64,000 nucleotides of DNA from Deltaproteobacteria bacterium (lineage in GTDB: Bacteria > Myxococcota_A > UBA9160 > UBA6930). The notes beneath the pieces are model-generated. The model saw only the letters and a program-made list of their open reading frames with translations. It was not told the origin of the DNA and did no database searches. Made by a program: the position numbers and the translations under genes. Below are positions 18,171 to 27,192 of this stretch, in pieces. The stretch spans positions 65,065 to 129,064 of the forward strand of contig VGRF01000010.1 of the NCBI GenBank assembly GCA_016875395.1, given 5' to 3'. Numbering within the stretch: the first letter of the stretch is position 1; each line of letters begins with the position of its first letter.

Positions 18171-19439
18171 CTACGCGCGCTCCTCGCGCGCCACGGCGGC
18201 GAGGTCTTCGCGGACGCTCGCGGCGCAGCGGAAGAAGAGCGGGCCCGAGAGCGCGCCGATCGCGGCGGGCAGGAGCAGCGTCCAGCGCAGCGCAGCGTCG
18301 GCGTACTCGGCGAACAGCACGTCGTTGAGCTTGCCGACGAGCGCGACACCGAGGCCGTAGCCGAACACGTTCGTGACGGCGAGCTGCGTCGCGGACGACG
18401 TGGCGCGCAGGCGCGCCGGCACGAGCGACTGCACCAGCGTCCAGAGCGAGGGCACGTAGATGTTGTTGAGGAAGTAGAAGACGCCGAAGCACGCGAGCGC
18501 GAGCGCCGCGCTCTCGACCCGTGCGAACGCCGCGAAGAACGGCGCCGCCGCGAGCGACACGCCGCCCGAGAGCCACGCGTACCAGCGCGCGTCGCGCGTG
18601 GAGAGGCGATCCGCGAGCACGCCGCCGAGCAGCGAGCCGGCGGCGCCCGCGATGCCGGCGGTGAGCCCGAACGCGATTCCGGACTCCGCCTTGTTCATCG
18701 CGAACACGCGCTGCAAGAAGAGCGCGCTCCACGAGAGCGCGGCGTAGCCGATGAACGCCTGGCACGCGGCTGCGAGCATGAGCCAGCGATACGTGCGCTG
18801 CTCGAACAGGACGCGCGTCATCTCGCGCAGCGGCGCGTGCTGGGCGCTCGCTGCGATGCGCTCGGGCTCGCGCACGCTGAAGGCGATCACCAGCGCGAGC
18901 GGCACGCCTGATAACCCCGCGACGAAGAACGCGGTGCGCCAGTCGAACCACTCCGCGATCACGCCGCCGCCCGCGAATCCGAGCAGCGTTCCGACATAGA
19001 TGCCGAGGCCGAACACGCTGAGCGCTCGCGCGCGCTGCTGGGGCGGGAAGTAGTCCGACAGCATCGACTGCGAGGGCGGTGCGCCCGCGGCTTCGCCGAT
19101 GCCGACGCCGAAACGCAGCGTCGCGATCTGCCAGAAGTTCGTGGCGAGCCCGCAGGCGGCGGTGAGCAGGCTCCACACCGTGAGCCCCGCCGTCAGCACG
19201 CGCTTGCGCGAGCGCGTGTCCGCCCAATGCGAAACCACGAAGCCCGAGAGCGTGAAGCAGAGGACGAACGCCGGGCCTAACAAGAGGCTCAGCTGAAAGT
19301 CCGTGAGCGCGAGCTCCTTCTTCACGTCACCCGCCACGATCGCGAGCACTTGGCGGTCGACGAAGTTCAGCACGTACGCGAGCGAGAGCAGCGCGAGTAC
19401 CCAGAGCGAGTACGCACGGGTCGGCTTCGAGTCGGGCAA
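18171..19439 (-). CDS. MFS transporter
   Basis: C-terminal 422 codons of ORF 18171..20375, with 12 hydrophobic helices and the VDRQVLAIV / GRLSDR-like ADRLSTRD motifs. There is no in-frame ATG; TTG at 19439 is proposed. Confidence 0.7.
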   Translation of the reverse strand: MPDSKPTRAYSLWVLALLSLAYVLNFVDRQVLAIVAGDVKKELALTDFQLSLLLGPAFVLCFTLSGFVVSHWADTRSRKRVLTAGLTVWSLLTAACGLATNFWQIATLRFGVGIGEAAGAPPSQSMLSDYFPPQQRARALSVFGLGIYVGTLLGFAGGGVIAEWFDWRTAFFVAGLSGVPLALVIAFSVREPERIAASAQHAPLREMTRVLFEQRTYRWLMLAAACQAFIGYAALSWSALFLQRVFAMNKAESGIAFGLTAGIAGAAGSLLGGVLADRLSTRDARWYAWLSGGVSLAAAPFFAAFARVESAALALACFGVFYFLNNIYVPSLWTLVQSLVPARLRATSSATQLAVTNVFGYGLGVALVGKLNDVLFAEYADAALRWTLLLPAAIGALSGPLFFRCAASVREDLAAVAREERA

Positions 19440-19514
19440 TGGACGCTCCAGCGGAAGAGGCGAGATAGCCGAGCCAACGTGCTGCTGCCCCGAGTTCGCG
19501 GAATCGGAGGAGCT

Positions 19515-19612
19515 GCCTCGAAGTCGAACACTCCTCGGGGTAGGTCTGCATGGGCCGCAAGCGGAGCGCGCAGCGAGGCGAAGCCGAGCGAAGTAAACAA
19601 GGAGGGCCGGCG
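19515..19612 (+). repeat. Intergenic repeat family, copy R3 (20 nt before the phosphotransferase ATG)
   Basis: CCTCGAAGTCGAACACTCC...GGCCGCAAGCGGAGCGCGCAGCGAGGCGAAGCCGAGCGAAGTAAACAAGGAGG. Confidence 0.75.
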
Positions 19613-19631
19613 CCGCCACGACGGAGGCTTG

Positions 19632-20978
19632 ATGCCCAGCGACACCTTGGAGCCCGAGATCATCGCGTGGGTGGCAAAGCAAGGCGCCGGCGACGTGACG
19701 CGCGCAGCGCGTCACGTCGCGCGACGCGAAGCGTGGCTGGTCGACGTGTCTCGGCCTGATGGCTCGCGCGCGGAGTGGTTCCTGAGCGTCGATCGCGCGA
19801 AGCCGGCGCGCCCGAATCCGTTCTCGCTCGCGCGCGAGACGCGCGTCCTCGGGGCGCTCGGCGCGAATGGCATTCGCGTGCCGCGCATCCACGGCTGGAG
19901 CGAGGCGCATCAGGTCGCGCTGCAGGAGCGCGTGCGCGGGAGTGCGGACTTGCCGCCGGCGCCGCCCGCCGAGCGCCGCGCCGTGCTCCTCGACTTCGTC
20001 GAAGAGATCGCGCGCATGCACGCCCTCACACCTGCGCAGCTCGCGCTCGATCTCGCGATTCCTCAGACGCCCGCCGAGGCCGCCCTCGGCGAGGTGAACA
20101 CGCTCGAAGGGATGCTCGCGGGCCACCGCGAGCCCGAGCCGATCGCGCGCTTCGGCGTCGCGTGGCTGCGCAAGCACGTGCCCGAGAAGCTCGATCGCGT
20201 CGCGCTCGTGCAGGGCGACACGGGCCCTGGAAACTTTCTCTACGAAGGCGCGCGCATGACGGCGCTCGTCGACTTCGAGTGGGCGCACTTCGGCGATCCG
20301 ATGGAGGATCTCGGCAACTTCTGCGTGCGCGAGTTCTTCGCGCCGTGCGGCGGCGTCGCAGAGGCGCTCGCGCACTACGGGAAGCTCACCGGCGCGCCGG
20401 TGCCGCTGGGTCGCGTGCGTTACTTCCGCGTGCAGCAGATGACGCGCTCGGTGCTCGGCCTCGTGCGCGTCACCTCACCGCACGATCCGCGCGGCCCCGT
20501 CGCGATGAATCTCGCCTATCGCGTGATCTGCGAGCGCGCGCTGTGCGAAGCGATCGCGGATGCGCTGGGCATCGCGCTCGAGCCCGCGGCGCTGCCCGAT
20601 GCGCCAGCGCTCGATCAGCACGCACTGCCCGCGCTCGTCGCGAAGCAGCTCAGCGACGAGATCGCACCAGCGCTGCCGAGCGCGTACCTGAAGCACCGCG
20701 CCGAGAGCGCGGCCGCGCTCGTGGAATGCATCGAGCGCGAGCGGCGCTACGGCGCGGCGATCGCCGCGTGCGAACGCGAGGAGCTGAGCGAGCTGTTAGG
20801 GATTCGCGTCGAGCGAGCGCGCGCCGGCCGCATCGAGCTGGAAGAGCGCATTCGCGCGGGATCGGCGCCGGAGGCAGCGACGCTGCGCTACCTCGCGTGC
20901 CACGCGCAGCGCGCCGAGGCGCTCTACGCGCCGGTCGTGGCGCCCTTCGCAGGGCGCAAGTTCTCGCCGCTCGCGTAG
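19632..20978 (+). CDS. Phosphotransferase (APH / choline-kinase fold) family protein
   Basis: Internal ATG (codon 95) of ORF 19350..20978. LVQGDTGPGNFLY (catalytic loop) and VDFEWAHFGDPMEDL (DFE/Mg site). Confidence 0.75.
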   Translation: MPSDTLEPEIIAWVAKQGAGDVTRAARHVARREAWLVDVSRPDGSRAEWFLSVDRAKPARPNPFSLARETRVLGALGANGIRVPRIHGWSEAHQVALQERVRGSADLPPAPPAERRAVLLDFVEEIARMHALTPAQLALDLAIPQTPAEAALGEVNTLEGMLAGHREPEPIARFGVAWLRKHVPEKLDRVALVQGDTGPGNFLYEGARMTALVDFEWAHFGDPMEDLGNFCVREFFAPCGGVAEALAHYGKLTGAPVPLGRVRYFRVQQMTRSVLGLVRVTSPHDPRGPVAMNLAYRVICERALCEAIADALGIALEPAALPDAPALDQHALPALVAKQLSDEIAPALPSAYLKHRAESAAALVECIERERRYGAAIAACEREELSELLGIRVERARAGRIELEERIRAGSAPEAATLRYLACHAQRAEALYAPVVAPFAGRKFSPLA

Positions 20979-22183
20979 TCGCTCACTTCGCGGCGCACGA
21001 ACCAGAGTGCCGCGAGCATCGCGACGTTCAGCACCGCAAAGCCCGCGAACGCCGGCTCGTAGCTGCCCGTCACGTCGCGCACGCGGCTCGTCACCATCGA
21101 CCCGAGCGGCGCGGCGACGAACAGGCTCATCATCACCGCGCCGTAGATCGCCGGCATCGTGCGCTCGCCGAAGCAGTGCGCGAGCGCGAGCGGATACACG
21201 ACGTCGCGCGCGGCGATCGCGAAGCCGTAGGCCGCGAGAAACGGGAAGAAGAGCGCGGGCGTGACGGGCAACGCGAATACGAGGAGCGCCGCGAGCGCGA
21301 GCAGCGCGTGGTCCAGCACGAGCGCGGTCTTCGCGGGCAAGCGATCGCCGAACCAGCCCGCGACGAGCTTGCTCACGCCGCCCGCGCCGGTCGCGATCCC
21401 GTAATGACGCGCGGCTTCCTCGCGCGACATGCCGAGGTCGTTCAGGAACGAGACGAACGCGTCGTTCATGCCGAGGAAGAAGAAGAAGAAGCCGAAGATC
21501 GTGAACGCGAGCAGCCAGAACGTGCGAGTGCGCAGCGCTTCGCCGAGCGAGAGCGCGCTCGCGCTTGCGGGGCCGGAAGCGGCCGCGGCTCCGCCTGGCG
21601 CGCTTCGCCCGGCGATCCAAGCGAACGGCAGGATCACCGCCGCTCCCGCGAGGCCCATCCATAACAACGTGGCCCGCCAGCCGCGCGCGGAGACGCCTGC
21701 CGCGAAAACCTGAGGCACGAAGAAGCCGGCGATGTTCGAGGCCGCGTACACGAAGCCCATCGCCGCGCCGCGCGCGCCGCGCACCCAGCTCGTGAGCACG
21801 CCCGCGATCGCGACGTCGCCGAGCCCCGCCATGAAGAGCCCGTAGAAGATCTGCGCGATCCAGAACATCGCGAGGTCCTGCATGCGCGACAGCAGCGCCA
21901 ACCCCGCCGCGAGACAGAGCGCGCCCGTAACGAGCACCGGCCGCGCACCGAAGCGTACGGTCCACTGCCCCGCCGCGAGCCCGCCGAGCGCCGTCATCGC
22001 GAAGTAAGGCCAGCGCCCGCTCGAAAACTGCGCCCGCGTCCACCCCAGCTCGGCCGTCGCCTCCGGCAACACCGCCGAAAACAAATACGTGTACCCAAGC
22101 CCCAACTGACACACGAAACACGCAAACACCACCAGCGCGCGCTGAGAGGCACTCGGTGACCGAATCGACTCCGCGCCGTTCAC
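20924..22183 (-). CDS. MFS transporter
   Basis: 419-aa hydrophobic ORF with 12 helices. Its 3' end overlaps the convergent phosphotransferase gene by 55 nt. Confidence 0.75.
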   Translation of the reverse strand: MNGAESIRSPSASQRALVVFACFVCQLGLGYTYLFSAVLPEATAELGWTRAQFSSGRWPYFAMTALGGLAAGQWTVRFGARPVLVTGALCLAAGLALLSRMQDLAMFWIAQIFYGLFMAGLGDVAIAGVLTSWVRGARGAAMGFVYAASNIAGFFVPQVFAAGVSARGWRATLLWMGLAGAAVILPFAWIAGRSAPGGAAAASGPASASALSLGEALRTRTFWLLAFTIFGFFFFFLGMNDAFVSFLNDLGMSREEAARHYGIATGAGGVSKLVAGWFGDRLPAKTALVLDHALLALAALLVFALPVTPALFFPFLAAYGFAIAARDVVYPLALAHCFGERTMPAIYGAVMMSLFVAAPLGSMVTSRVRDVTGSYEPAFAGFAVLNVAMLAALWFVRREVSDYASGENLRPAKGATTGA

Positions 22184-22222
22184 AGCTGTGAGCCCGACGC
22201 GCCGCTGAAGAAGTCAGAAAAA

Positions 22223-22322
22223 CCTCGATGACGAACGCTCCACCAAAGCAAGTCGGCCGAGACCGCAAGCGAAGCGCGCAGCGAGCCGGAGTCTTCGGAG
22301 GCGAGCGGAGTCAACAAGGAAA
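22223..22322 (+). repeat. Intergenic repeat family, copy R4 (full length)
   Basis: CCTCGATGACGAACGCTCCACCAAAGCAAGTCGGCCGAGACCGCAAGCGAAGCGCGCAGCGAGCCGGAG..GCGAGCGGAGTCAACAAGGA. Confidence 0.8.
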
Positions 22323-22385
22323 GATCGATGCCGGCCGCGCGACGGCTCGCATTCTGCGCGGCTCTGACTTCACGGTGCGCCCCAA

Positions 22386-23567
22386 CTACCCGCGCCACAC
22401 CACCGGCATCGATGCCCAGCCTTGCACGAACTCGGTTCTCAAGCGCTTCAGCTTCTCCGCGCGCACTTCGTACTCCGGCGCGAAGCTGAGCAGCTTCTCG
22501 ACGCACAGCTTCGCTTCCATCTTCGCGAAGTGCTGCCCGATGCAGAGGTGCACGCCGTGGCCGAAGGAGAGGATGCGCGGCGATTTGCGTCGCACGTCGA
22601 ACACGTCGGGATTCTCGAACTCGCGGCGATCGCGATTCGCGCTCGGGTAGAGGAACGCGAGGTTCGAGCCGGGCGCGCACTCCTTGTCGTGGAAGCGCAC
22701 GGGCTTCACGATCTTGCGCATCAGGTACTGCGTCGGCATGTCGTACCGCAGCACCTCGCGGTAGGCGTCAGGGATTAGGGACGCGTCCTGCACGAGCCAC
22801 TTGCGCTGATCCTTGTGTTGCCAGAAGCGGTGCACCGCGCTCGCGAACGTCTTCGGGAAGGTCTCGGCGCCGCCGATCAGGAACATCGAGAGGTGCGAGG
22901 CGGCGTCCTGCGGCTCGAAGCGCTTGCCGTCCTTCTCGAAGCGGCAGATCAGGTCGACCACGTTCGCTTCGTTCGCGCCCGCGGCGCGCCGCGCGGCGAT
23001 CAGCTCGTTGAAGTATTGGAACATCTCCATCATCGCGTTCACGCCATCGGGGGTCATGCCCGAGACGCCTTCTTCGCGCGCGAAGAACCGCCACACGAGC
23101 TTGTTCAGCATCTCGCTGTCTTCCATCGGGAAGCCGTTCGCGAGGCACGCCACCTTCACCGAGACTTTCGCGGCGAACTGATTGAACACGTCGACCTCGG
23201 CGAGCTCGCGCACCTCGGCGAACGCGTCGTCGACGAACTGCTGAATCTGCGGCTCGAGGCGCTTCACGCGGCCCGGCGTGAAGAAGCCGATCACGGCGCT
23301 CCGAAACGCGGTGTGAAACGGCGGGTCGAGGCTGTTGATCATGGGCGTGACGGGCTGGACCTTCGTCACGAGCTGCGCGGTCGTCGTGCCCTGCGCGGTG
23401 GAGAAGCGCTCGGCATCCATCGACGCGCTCCAGATGTCGTCGAAGCGCGAGAGGAAGTACGTGTTCCACTCGGGCAAGTAGAAGCAGGGGTCTTCTTCGC
23501 GCAGGCGGGCGTAGGTCGGGTGCGGGTCGTCCTGGACCGCCTCCGAGAACGGGTGGTAGTCGACCAT
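22386..23567 (-). CDS. Cytochrome P450 (noticeably more A/T-ending codons than its neighbours)
   Basis: Internal ATG (codon 93) of ORF 22386..23843. GGAETF (I-helix), EVLRYD (ExxR) and FGHGVHLCIGQHFA (Cys loop). Confidence 0.9.
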   Translation of the reverse strand: MVDYHPFSEAVQDDPHPTYARLREEDPCFYLPEWNTYFLSRFDDIWSASMDAERFSTAQGTTTAQLVTKVQPVTPMINSLDPPFHTAFRSAVIGFFTPGRVKRLEPQIQQFVDDAFAEVRELAEVDVFNQFAAKVSVKVACLANGFPMEDSEMLNKLVWRFFAREEGVSGMTPDGVNAMMEMFQYFNELIAARRAAGANEANVVDLICRFEKDGKRFEPQDAASHLSMFLIGGAETFPKTFASAVHRFWQHKDQRKWLVQDASLIPDAYREVLRYDMPTQYLMRKIVKPVRFHDKECAPGSNLAFLYPSANRDRREFENPDVFDVRRKSPRILSFGHGVHLCIGQHFAKMEAKLCVEKLLSFAPEYEVRAEKLKRLRTEFVQGWASMPVVWRG

Positions 23568-23634
23568 CGCGCGAATTCCCCTTTGATTCTGCGAGGGTGA
23601 ATGATAACGAGACGTACAGTATCGTAATGAGACG

Positions 23635-24288
23635 ATGTGGCCGGGAGCGCTTCCGGGGGTTCTAGAAATGGGCGCCGGGACGAGCGGAATCGGGAACGGC
23701 GAGGCGAGCGCCGCTGGCCGTCCGCGCAGTGGCGAAGCGCACCGCGCGATTCTCGACGCGACGCTCGAGCTGCTGCAGGAAGTGGGCTTCTCCGCGCTCA
23801 CGGTCGAGGGCGTCGCGACGCGCGCGGGCGTCGGCAAAGCCACGATCTACCGGCGCTGGCCCTCGAAGCTCCCGCTCGTGGTCGAGGCGTTCGGCCAGCT
23901 GCCCGCGTTCGAGGACGTCGACACCGGCACACTCGCGGGCGACCTGAAGGCGATGCTCACGCGCTACCTCGAGAACTTTCTCGCGACGCCGCTCGCCACG
24001 ATCTACCCGAGCCTCGCCGCGGAGCGCGCGCACAATCCCGAGCTCGGCGCCGTGTTCGATCCCGTGCTGAAGGGGCGCCGCCGCCCGCTCGAGGCGGCGC
24101 TGAAGCGCGCCGAAGTGCGCGGCGAGATCGCGCCGGGCACGGACCTCGATCTGGCGGCGGATCTCGTCGTGGGCCCGATCGCGGTTCGCCTCTTCTTTCG
24201 GGCCATGAAGATTTCGCCCGCCATGGTCGATCCGATGGTCGACCTCGCCCTCGAAGGCGTGCGCCGAGCCGGCGCGCGCAGGGAGTAA
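23635..24288 (+). CDS. TetR/AcrR-family regulator, divergent from the P450
   Basis: HTH LTVEGVATRAGVGKATIYRRWPSK. The start may be the ATG at 23668. Confidence 0.85.
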   Translation: MWPGALPGVLEMGAGTSGIGNGEASAAGRPRSGEAHRAILDATLELLQEVGFSALTVEGVATRAGVGKATIYRRWPSKLPLVVEAFGQLPAFEDVDTGTLAGDLKAMLTRYLENFLATPLATIYPSLAAERAHNPELGAVFDPVLKGRRRPLEAALKRAEVRGEIAPGTDLDLAADLVVGPIAVRLFFRAMKISPAMVDPMVDLALEGVRRAGARRE

Positions 24289-25713
24289 ATCCTGGCCCGC
24301 TACTTCTACGAACGCCTGAGCTACGAGAGCGCCGCGTTGTTAGGCGGCGAGAGCTCGCGCCACTTCGGGCACGCGGCGACGACGCTCGTGTTCGATGCGG
24401 GCCCGCTCGCGAACCCCGGCGGCGGCGTGAACTTCGATGCGATCCGCAGCGCGATCGAGTCGCGCCTGCACCTCGTACCGGCGTATCGCAGGAAGCTGCG
24501 CCGCATCCCGTTCGAGAATCACCCCGTGCTCGTCGACGACCGCGAGTTCAGCCTCGACTACCACGTGCGTCACACCGGTATCGCGCATCCCGGCGAGATC
24601 GCGCATGTGCAGAAAGTCGTGGCGCGCCTGCAAGCGCAGCGGCTCGATCGCTCGCGGCCACTCTGGGAATGCTGGGTGATCGAGGGGTTGTCGGGGGGGC
24701 GCTTCGCGCTCGTGGTGAAACAGCACGCGATCCTCGCCGAGAGCGGTGGCGACTTGATGCAGGTGCTGCTCGCGCAGAACGCCGACGACGAGTTCGAGCC
24801 CGCGCCGCCGTTCGTGCCGCGCGCGATGCCGAGCGCCGCCGAGCTCGTGCGCGACGAAGTGGTGCGCCAGCTGCGCCTGCCGCAGCGCGCGCTGCGGCGG
24901 CTGCAGGAGTTCGCGCGCGAGAGCGACTCGCTCTCGAACGAGCTGCGGCACCGCGCGCAGGGCGTCGCGAACCTGCTCGGCTACACGATTCGTCAGCTGC
25001 ACGAGACGCCGCTCAGCGGCGAGCCCGGCCCGCACCGCCGCTTCGAGACGCTCGTGATTCCGCTCGCCGACGCGAAGCTCGTGCACGAGGAATTGGGCGG
25101 CACCGTGCACGACGTGCTGCTCGCCGCGGTCGCCGGCGCCGTCGGCGCGTACTTCCGCATGCGCCACATGAATCCCGCCGTGATCGACTTCCGCGCGGCG
25201 GTGCCCGTGAGCCTGCGCAGCGGCGACAAGAACGAAGGCGTCGGCGAGTGGATCCTCGATCTGCCGATCTGGGAGCGCGATCCCGCGCGGCGCCTCGAGC
25301 AGATCCACGTGAAGACCGACGAGCTGAATCGCGAGAGCCCGGCGCTCGGCGCGCGCACGCTGAACAGCGTCGCGAAGTGGACCAGCTCGCGGACGCTCGC
25401 GCAGGCCGTGCGCGCGATCTCGGAGCGCACGCCCGTGAACGTGCGCATCGCGAACGTGCCCGGCCCGCAGACGCCCGTGTATCTGCGCGGCGCGCGCCTG
25501 CTCGAAGCGTTCGGCACCGTGCCGCTCGCGAAGAGCGGAGGCCTCGGCATCGCGATGTTCAGCTACGACGGAAAGCTGTGCGTGGGCGTGAACGCCGACT
25601 ACGACCGGGTCGCCGACCTCGACGTGTTCACGCGCCTGCTCGGCGAGTCCGTGCGCGAGCTCGTCGCCGCCGCGAAGCGCAGGTCGCGCCCGCTGAAGGT
25701 GGTGGGCCGCTAG
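24289..25713 (+). CDS. WS/DGAT-like (wax ester synthase / acyl-CoA:diacylglycerol acyltransferase family) protein, divergent active site, start codon unclear
   Basis: The frame opens immediately after the TetR TAA stop. The N-terminus ERLSYESAALLGGES..HFGHAATTLVF resembles the WS/DGAT N-terminus. The C-terminal half NVPGPQTPVYLRGARLLEAFGTVPL...LGIAMFSYDGKLCVGVNAD is typical. The HHxxxDG position reads KQHAILAESGGD. Confidence 0.6.
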   Translation: MLARYFYERLSYESAALLGGESSRHFGHAATTLVFDAGPLANPGGGVNFDAIRSAIESRLHLVPAYRRKLRRIPFENHPVLVDDREFSLDYHVRHTGIAHPGEIAHVQKVVARLQAQRLDRSRPLWECWVIEGLSGGRFALVVKQHAILAESGGDLMQVLLAQNADDEFEPAPPFVPRAMPSAAELVRDEVVRQLRLPQRALRRLQEFARESDSLSNELRHRAQGVANLLGYTIRQLHETPLSGEPGPHRRFETLVIPLADAKLVHEELGGTVHDVLLAAVAGAVGAYFRMRHMNPAVIDFRAAVPVSLRSGDKNEGVGEWILDLPIWERDPARRLEQIHVKTDELNRESPALGARTLNSVAKWTSSRTLAQAVRAISERTPVNVRIANVPGPQTPVYLRGARLLEAFGTVPLAKSGGLGIAMFSYDGKLCVGVNADYDRVADLDVFTRLLGESVRELVAAAKRRSRPLKVVGR

Positions 25714-25723
25714 CGGCTCGCGT

Positions 25724-26647
25724 CTACGACCGCTTCCGTACCCACGCCCCGATCTCGTCGATCGCGGCGTTCGCCTCGGGCAGGAACGGCGCGAACGCGT
25801 GCCACACGTGCGGCATCTCGGGGTAGATCGCGAGCGTCGCGTCGACGCCCGCGGCCTTCGCCTTCGCGGCGATGCGCGTCGAGTCGTCGAGCAGCACCTC
25901 GTGGTCGCCGACGTGGATCAGCAGCGGTGCGATCCCGCGTAGGTCGCCGTTCAGCGGCGAGCACAGCGGCGAGAGCGGGTCGGCGCGGCCCTGCGTGTAG
26001 ACGGCGCCCATCGCCTGAATGCCTTCGCGCACGCCGGGGATGACAGGATCGAGCGCGGCGCGCGTGCCGTAGGAATCGCCACTCGCGCTGAAGTCGGTCG
26101 CAGGCGAGATCGGGATCGCGCCGGTTGGCTGCGGGAGGCCGCGCTCCTTGCACGCGAGCAACGTGGCGAGCGTGAGGTTGCCGCCCGCGGAGTCTCCCGC
26201 GATGAAGATCGCGCGCGCGGGCGCGGCGCCGTTCGGGCCGTTGTTACGGAGCCAGCGGTACGCGTGCACGCAGTCGTCGAGGCCCGCCGGAAACGGATGC
26301 TCGGGCGCGAGGCGATAGTGCACGGCGAGCACCGCGACCCCCGCAGCCTTCGAGAGGCGCGCGCTCAGCGGGCGGTGCGAGTCGAGGTTGCCCGCGGTCC
26401 AGCCGCCGCCGTGGATGTAGAGCAGGCGCTTGTCAGGATCTGCGCCCTTCGCCACGAGCCACTCGCAGGCGACCCCCGCGAGATCGATGCGCTTCACGTC
26501 GGCGACGAGCTCCTGCGTCGAGCCGTCCACCTTCCAGTAATCGTTCACTGCCGCACGCGACGCTTCGATGTCCGCGCCCGCAGCGGCCATGCGCTTCGCG
26601 AGCGCGCGGAGATGAGCATCGACTTGCTTGGCTTGGGGGCTGGCCAT
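25724..26647 (-). CDS. Alpha/beta hydrolase, HSL/Aes-type esterase-lipase
   Basis: YIHGGGWTAGN (oxyanion HGGG), GDSAGGNL (nucleophile elbow) and C-terminal D...H. Confidence 0.8.
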   Translation of the reverse strand: MASPQAKQVDAHLRALAKRMAAAGADIEASRAAVNDYWKVDGSTQELVADVKRIDLAGVACEWLVAKGADPDKRLLYIHGGGWTAGNLDSHRPLSARLSKAAGVAVLAVHYRLAPEHPFPAGLDDCVHAYRWLRNNGPNGAAPARAIFIAGDSAGGNLTLATLLACKERGLPQPTGAIPISPATDFSASGDSYGTRAALDPVIPGVREGIQAMGAVYTQGRADPLSPLCSPLNGDLRGIAPLLIHVGDHEVLLDDSTRIAAKAKAAGVDATLAIYPEMPHVWHAFAPFLPEANAAIDEIGAWVRKRS

Positions 26648-26707
26648 GGGGTTCTCCTCGGGGTGCGCTCACTCTACGCCAGCAGCGACACCGAGTGGTG
26701 TCGCGCC

Positions 26708-27154
26708 TCACGGGAGCAACACGAAGCCCGTGAAGATCGACGCCGCCGCGCACAGCGCAGCGAGAACCGCGAGCAGCGCGTGCGTGTCGTGGGCGTCCTT
26801 CGCGCCGCGCTCGAGCTTTCGCCCGAACAGCGCGGCGCCGAGGAACAACACGAGCGCCGCGCTGCTGATCCGGCCGTGCGCGCTACCGAGCGCGCTCCAG
26901 CCGCGCAGCAGCACGGCGGACGCGACGCCCGCGGCGAAGCCGAGCGGCAGCAGCGTGACCGCGAGCTTCGCGAGCCGGAGGTGCCGCGCGTAGGCGCGCC
27001 CATCGCGCCGCGCGCCGAGCCTGCGCGAGCTGCGCAGCCCGAGGCCGAGCCGCAGCGCGGCGAGCGCGAGGCCGAGCGCGGCGAGCATGAAGGCGGGGTG
27101 TGCGTACGCGAGCCAGTACGCCGCGCCGCCCTGCGCCGCGAGATCGTTCTCCAC
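26708..27154 (-). CDS. Small integral membrane protein (DUF4079-like)
   Basis: 148 aa with four hydrophobic helices. GTG start. Confidence 0.5.
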   Translation of the reverse strand: MENDLAAQGGAAYWLAYAHPAFMLAALGLALAALRLGLGLRSSRRLGARRDGRAYARHLRLAKLAVTLLPLGFAAGVASAVLLRGWSALGSAHGRISSAALVLFLGAALFGRKLERGAKDAHDTHALLAVLAALCAAASIFTGFVLLP

Positions 27155-27192
27155 CTAACAGCTCGCACCAGCATGCGGCATCGAGCGGCGCC

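Noticed and set aside
22327-22500. ATG directly after repeat copy R4 opening a roughly 55-codon ORF
   Set aside because: The ORF is antisense to the C-terminus of the well-supported P450 (22386..23567) and has shadow-like composition. The R4 tail resembling an RBS is probably coincidental here.
23637-25826. 729-aa plus-strand ORF and many similar long ORFs (e.g. 19775..21664, 28768..30219, 12417..13955, 8977..10482, 42925..45072, 59328..61145)
   Set aside because: Their composition is dominated by Arg, Ala, Gly and Pro with no recognisable motifs. Each overlaps a gene with strong motifs in another frame. These are typical high-GC frame shadows.
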